Below the pieces are notes generated by a model, which was given only the letters and a program-made list of their open reading frames with translations, was not told where the DNA came from and did not search any database. Positions 16,749 through 19,738 of a stretch of 19,738 bases of DNA are shown one piece after another. Each line of letters begins with the position of its first letter. Positions within the stretch are counted from its first letter, which is position 1. This DNA is from Phycisphaerae bacterium (lineage in GTDB: Bacteria > Planctomycetota > Phycisphaerae > UBA1845 > Fen-1342), in the NCBI GenBank assembly GCA_050115495.1, contig JASFQK010000059.1, positions 1-19,738 of the forward strand, in the 5' to 3' direction. Made by a program: the position numbers and the translations under genes.

Positions 16749-18098
16749 TCATCCGAGTTCGCTGTTGCACCAGTTGCGATGCGCCTGTCGCGCGATGGCC
16801 ATGCCGGCTGACGCCATTGCCAGCGCGACCGCGATCCACAACGGCAGCCAGCGGGCAAGCTGAGGGTTGATGCCGAACACTGCGCCTGGCACAACGCCGC
16901 AGATGAGCGTGAGCAGAATGATGCCGAACTTGTCGGCGGTGGAGCGAAAGCGCGCCAGCCAGGCGGTCATCCCCAGCACGAGCACGAGCCCACCCGCGGA
17001 GAGGAACAGAAGTGCCAATCCAAGGCTGCCGATCAGCTCGTGAACCCACGTGGCCCCGACCACCACGAAGCCAATCACCAGCGTGACCCAGACCACCAGG
17101 GCGTCCATAGCTGCTGCCAAGCCCAATTCGCGGAAGAACTGCGCTTTGGAACAGGGACGCAAGGATTCCCAGCCCAGACCCGGGCCACGTTCCAGAGCCT
17201 TGACGGCGCATTGAAACGGCCCCAGGGCAGCCATGAGTGAGAAGACGAGGACTGGACCGAACAGCGGTGTCTCGGGCGGGGCCTTCCGTTCGAAGAGGAG
17301 AAGCAGCACGCCCGACATGAAGAGGAACCAAACCGCGAATATCCAGGGGGCCGTCGAGCTGTTGCCCAGTCGCCACAGGCGCACTCGTCGCCAGACATCA
17401 TCGCCGACGAAAGCAGTGAGGTGCTCGAACCTGAAAGCCACGCCGATCTGCTCGCTGTCCTGACTTCGCTGTCGTTGTTCCCGTGCGGTGCCCTCGTCGA
17501 AGAGCCTGGCTCGGTATCGAAAAGACTCTTCGGTGAGCCGAAGCAGTCGCCGGGCCCAGCCACGTATGGCCAGAAGTGCACCGATCAGAAGCAAGACGCC
17601 GCCGACCCCAGCCTCGGCGCGCAGAACCAGTTCGATTGTCGGCACCAATGCATCCGATTTCACCAGGATGAGCCCGGGTAGCCAGGCCACTCGCGGAAAC
17701 GTGTCGCACACCCAGATGGATGCGGCAAAGACTGCAAGCATCCAGGTCGCCGCACCGTAAGGGTTGGCGCCTTGAGTACACAGCCAGGAGAAGAGCAGGA
17801 GCATCACAGGCGCCGCCATGGTTGACCCGACCGCAACGTGAGTTTCCCGGAAGCGCGGCACGACCGTAGCGTGCGGCTTGGCAATCTGCTCTTTCAGGTG
17901 GACCGCCAGGAAGCCGAACCAGACAGCCGCGAGCAGGCCGGTCAGCATGCCCTCCACGGCGAGATAGTGAACCTCCTTCGTCTCTGATGAGGCGGTGATG
18001 CAGAGACACATAAGGAGGCCGAGTAGCAGAACACCCAGCGGAAACAGCGTGATAGGTCGCACGTAGCTGCGCAGCGCGGCACGGTAGGCTCTAAGCAC
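16749..18098 (-). CDS. Polytopic membrane protein, probable ABC transporter permease, 449 aa
   Basis: About 12 hydrophobic segments in two halves separated by a polar loop; GTG start overlaps the ABC ATPase stop. Confidence 0.8.
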   Translation of the reverse strand: MLRAYRAALRSYVRPITLFPLGVLLLGLLMCLCITASSETKEVHYLAVEGMLTGLLAAVWFGFLAVHLKEQIAKPHATVVPRFRETHVAVGSTMAAPVMLLLFSWLCTQGANPYGAATWMLAVFAASIWVCDTFPRVAWLPGLILVKSDALVPTIELVLRAEAGVGGVLLLIGALLAIRGWARRLLRLTEESFRYRARLFDEGTAREQRQRSQDSEQIGVAFRFEHLTAFVGDDVWRRVRLWRLGNSSTAPWIFAVWFLFMSGVLLLLFERKAPPETPLFGPVLVFSLMAALGPFQCAVKALERGPGLGWESLRPCSKAQFFRELGLAAAMDALVVWVTLVIGFVVVGATWVHELIGSLGLALLFLSAGGLVLVLGMTAWLARFRSTADKFGIILLTLICGVVPGAVFGINPQLARWLPLWIAVALAMASAGMAIARQAHRNWCNSELG

Positions 18099-18972
18099 GG
18101 TGCATCTCCAGGAAGATGTCCTCGAGATTCAGGTCCCGCACCTCGACCGTGGCGCTCCATTGCTGCGCGATGTGTTCGAGCAACTCGTCGTTCACGTCGC
18201 GTACACTGACCAGGGCTGAATGTCCGTCCACCTCCCGGCGCAGCATGCCGGGGACCTCCAGGGATAAGGGCAGAGGTGCCGCCGCCGTGATGTGCAGGCG
18301 CTTCACCGAGTCCTTCAGCCGGTCCAGCTCGTCGTGGTACGCGATGGTCCCTTGCTGGAGGATGGCCACACGATCCGCCACACGCTCCAGGTCGGACGTG
18401 ATGTGCGTGGAGAAGAGGATCGTCCGCTCGCGCTCGGCGGTTATCTCCAGGATCGTCGTCAGGAAGTCCCGCCGGGATGAGGGGTCGAGACTGGCCACCG
18501 GCTCGTCGAAGATGATCAGGTCCGGCTCGTGTCCGAGGGCCAGGATGATGGCCAGCTTCTGGCGTTCGCCGACGGATAGGGGGCCGACCTTGGCTTTGAG
18601 GTCGAGGTCCCAGTCGCGGGCGAGCCGCTCGCTCAAGGTGTGGTTCCAGCGCGGGTAGAAGGCGGCGATGTACTTGATGCACTGGCCGACCTTCATCCAC
18701 GAATAGAGCTTCGGTTCCTGCGGCACGTAGCCCAGCCGCTCCTTGGCCGCCGGACTCAGCGTCCACGGATCTTCGCCGAGCAGAGCGATGGTGCCGCCCT
18801 GCACGCGGAGCAGGCCGAGCAGGCACTTGAGCAGTGTGGTTTTGCCGGCGCCGTTCTTGCCGAGCAGGCCGACGACAGATCCACGTGGGATCTCCAGGTC
18901 GACGCCGGTGAGCACCTGCTTTTCCTTGAAACCCTTACGGACGCCCTGCGTCCGGATCACCCAGTCGTTCAT
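18091..18972 (-). CDS. ABC transporter ATP-binding protein (YtrB/ABC-2 type), 293 aa
   Basis: Walker A GKNGAGKTT, Q-loop YVPQE, signature LSVGERQK, Walker B IIFDEP, H-loop FSTH; GGAGG RBS. Confidence 0.96.
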   Translation of the reverse strand: MNDWVIRTQGVRKGFKEKQVLTGVDLEIPRGSVVGLLGKNGAGKTTLLKCLLGLLRVQGGTIALLGEDPWTLSPAAKERLGYVPQEPKLYSWMKVGQCIKYIAAFYPRWNHTLSERLARDWDLDLKAKVGPLSVGERQKLAIILALGHEPDLIIFDEPVASLDPSSRRDFLTTILEITAERERTILFSTHITSDLERVADRVAILQQGTIAYHDELDRLKDSVKRLHITAAAPLPLSLEVPGMLRREVDGHSALVSVRDVNDELLEHIAQQWSATVEVRDLNLEDIFLEMHRA

Positions 18973-19366
18973 GATCGAGCCCCTCCAATAGCGGGTCGAG
19001 TATGGCCTGTACCTGTGCCTTGGTCAGCCGGAGTTGATATGCCCGGGCGATGGTCTGTTCCAATAGCGGCCGCAATTGGGCCTGACGTTCTCTCACGGAT
19101 CCCAGAGCCACCGGCGTTCGGACCCGCATGCCGCGGCCCCGAACCAGCTCGACGACGCCTTGCGCCTCGAGCCGGGAGTAGGCCTTGGAAACGGTCATGG
19201 GGTTGACCTGCAACTGCTCGGCTACCTCGCGCACGGACGGCAGCAAGTCGTCCGGCTGGAGCCGCCCGCTGGCCAGCTCGGCCATGACCTGGTCCATGAG
19301 CTGCCGATAGATCGGCACGCCGGAGGACGGCGCCACGTCGAATCGAAATGAGTCTCGCCGGCGCAT
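18935..19366 (-). CDS. GntR-family (YtrA subfamily) transcriptional regulator, ~143 aa
   Basis: SGVPIYRQLMDQV...GRLQPDDLLPSVREVAEQLQVNPMTVSKAYSRLEAQGVV..VRGRGMRV with a short C-domain. Start ATG 19366 (or GTG 19369). Precedes the ABC genes. Confidence 0.93.
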   Translation of the reverse strand: MRRRDSFRFDVAPSSGVPIYRQLMDQVMAELASGRLQPDDLLPSVREVAEQLQVNPMTVSKAYSRLEAQGVVELVRGRGMRVRTPVALGSVRERQAQLRPLLEQTIARAYQLRLTKAQVQAILDPLLEGLDHERLGDPDAGRP

Positions 19367-19369
19367 CAC

Positions 19370-19407
19370 TGTATTATCAGTATAATACACATGACAGGGC
19401 CCGTCAA
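19370..19407 (-). promoter_or_regulatory. Promoter and YtrA-type operator palindrome
   Basis: TGTATTAT-cagt-ATAATACA (19370-19389), perfect 8-bp arms, overlapping -10 TATACT (19384-19379); -35 TTGACG (19407-19402) at 17 bp. Confidence 0.88.
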
Positions 19408-19519
19408 TGGGCGGGAGTGTTGCTTGGAGCGCTTGGAGGGGCTGCGTCGTCGACGTCCGACATCCTGGCGCGCCGGGTTGGACGGACCAGGGCGCAATTG
19501 GGGCGTTATCGAGCGACGA

Positions 19520-19545
19520 CGTCGGCCGCGGGGGGCCGACGCTAC
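19520..19545 (-). repeat. GTAG-type REP-like element, family B copy 2
   Basis: Minus strand GTAGCGTCGGCCCCCCGCGGCCGACG; 25/26 identical to 13388-13413. Confidence 0.8.
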
Positions 19546-19572
19546 GCGCGGCGAAGGCGATCCTGCTTGGCG

Positions 19573-19708
19573 CCAGGGAGTGAGGCCCCTGGCTTTGTTC
19601 GTTCGCCCTCCGGGCGAGGCACCAACGCACGCCTCTGGGTGGGGGCAACGCGTGCCTTCCTCTTCGCCCGGAGGGCGCACGTTGGTTGCCAGGGACTTCA
19701 GTCCCTGG
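19573..19708. repeat. 136-bp composite inverted repeat (REPIN/MITE-like)
   Basis: 45-nt arms 19573-19617 and 19664-19708 are reverse complements at 35/45. Each arm holds two small hairpins (CCAGGGAC-TTCA-GTCCCTGG type and CGCCCTCCGGGCG). Confidence 0.7.
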
Positions 19709-19738
19709 AGCCGGGAGCCTCACCCACCCCTCTTCTCT

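Noticed and set aside
16302..16894. Short ORFs in the cytochrome/permease intergenic region
   Set aside because: Pro/Arg-rich translations of repeats and promoter DNA, with no RBS or motifs.
19367..19723. N-terminal extension of GntR in the 262-aa ORF
   Set aside because: Runs through the operator, promoter and REP-like repeats; GntR homology starts near 19366.

Overview
High-GC bacterial DNA, probably Planctomycetota/Phycisphaerae (inferred from the C-terminal dockerin-like domain and repeat types). Left to right: the right end of an IS256-like element inserted in the 3' end of a small membrane-protein gene; a ~1005-aa secreted double beta-helix/BACON/dockerin-like protein divergent from a 414-aa hypothetical protein with a probable N-terminal HTH, the two sharing back-to-back sigma70 promoters around phased 11-bp repeats; divergent lepA and pcm; a probable sigma54-controlled iorA plus an IorB-ADP-forming acyl-CoA ligase fusion; two paralogous CydA-like membrane proteins each fused to a cytochrome c; and a YtrA-type GntR/ABC ATPase/permease operon with a perfect operator palindrome. 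Intergenic spaces carry several REP-like palindrome families. Best candidates for poorly described systems: the IorB-ligase fusion operon, the cytochrome bd-like/cytochrome c pair, and the orphan regulator/secreted protein module. All calls are from reading the sequence; no searches were run.
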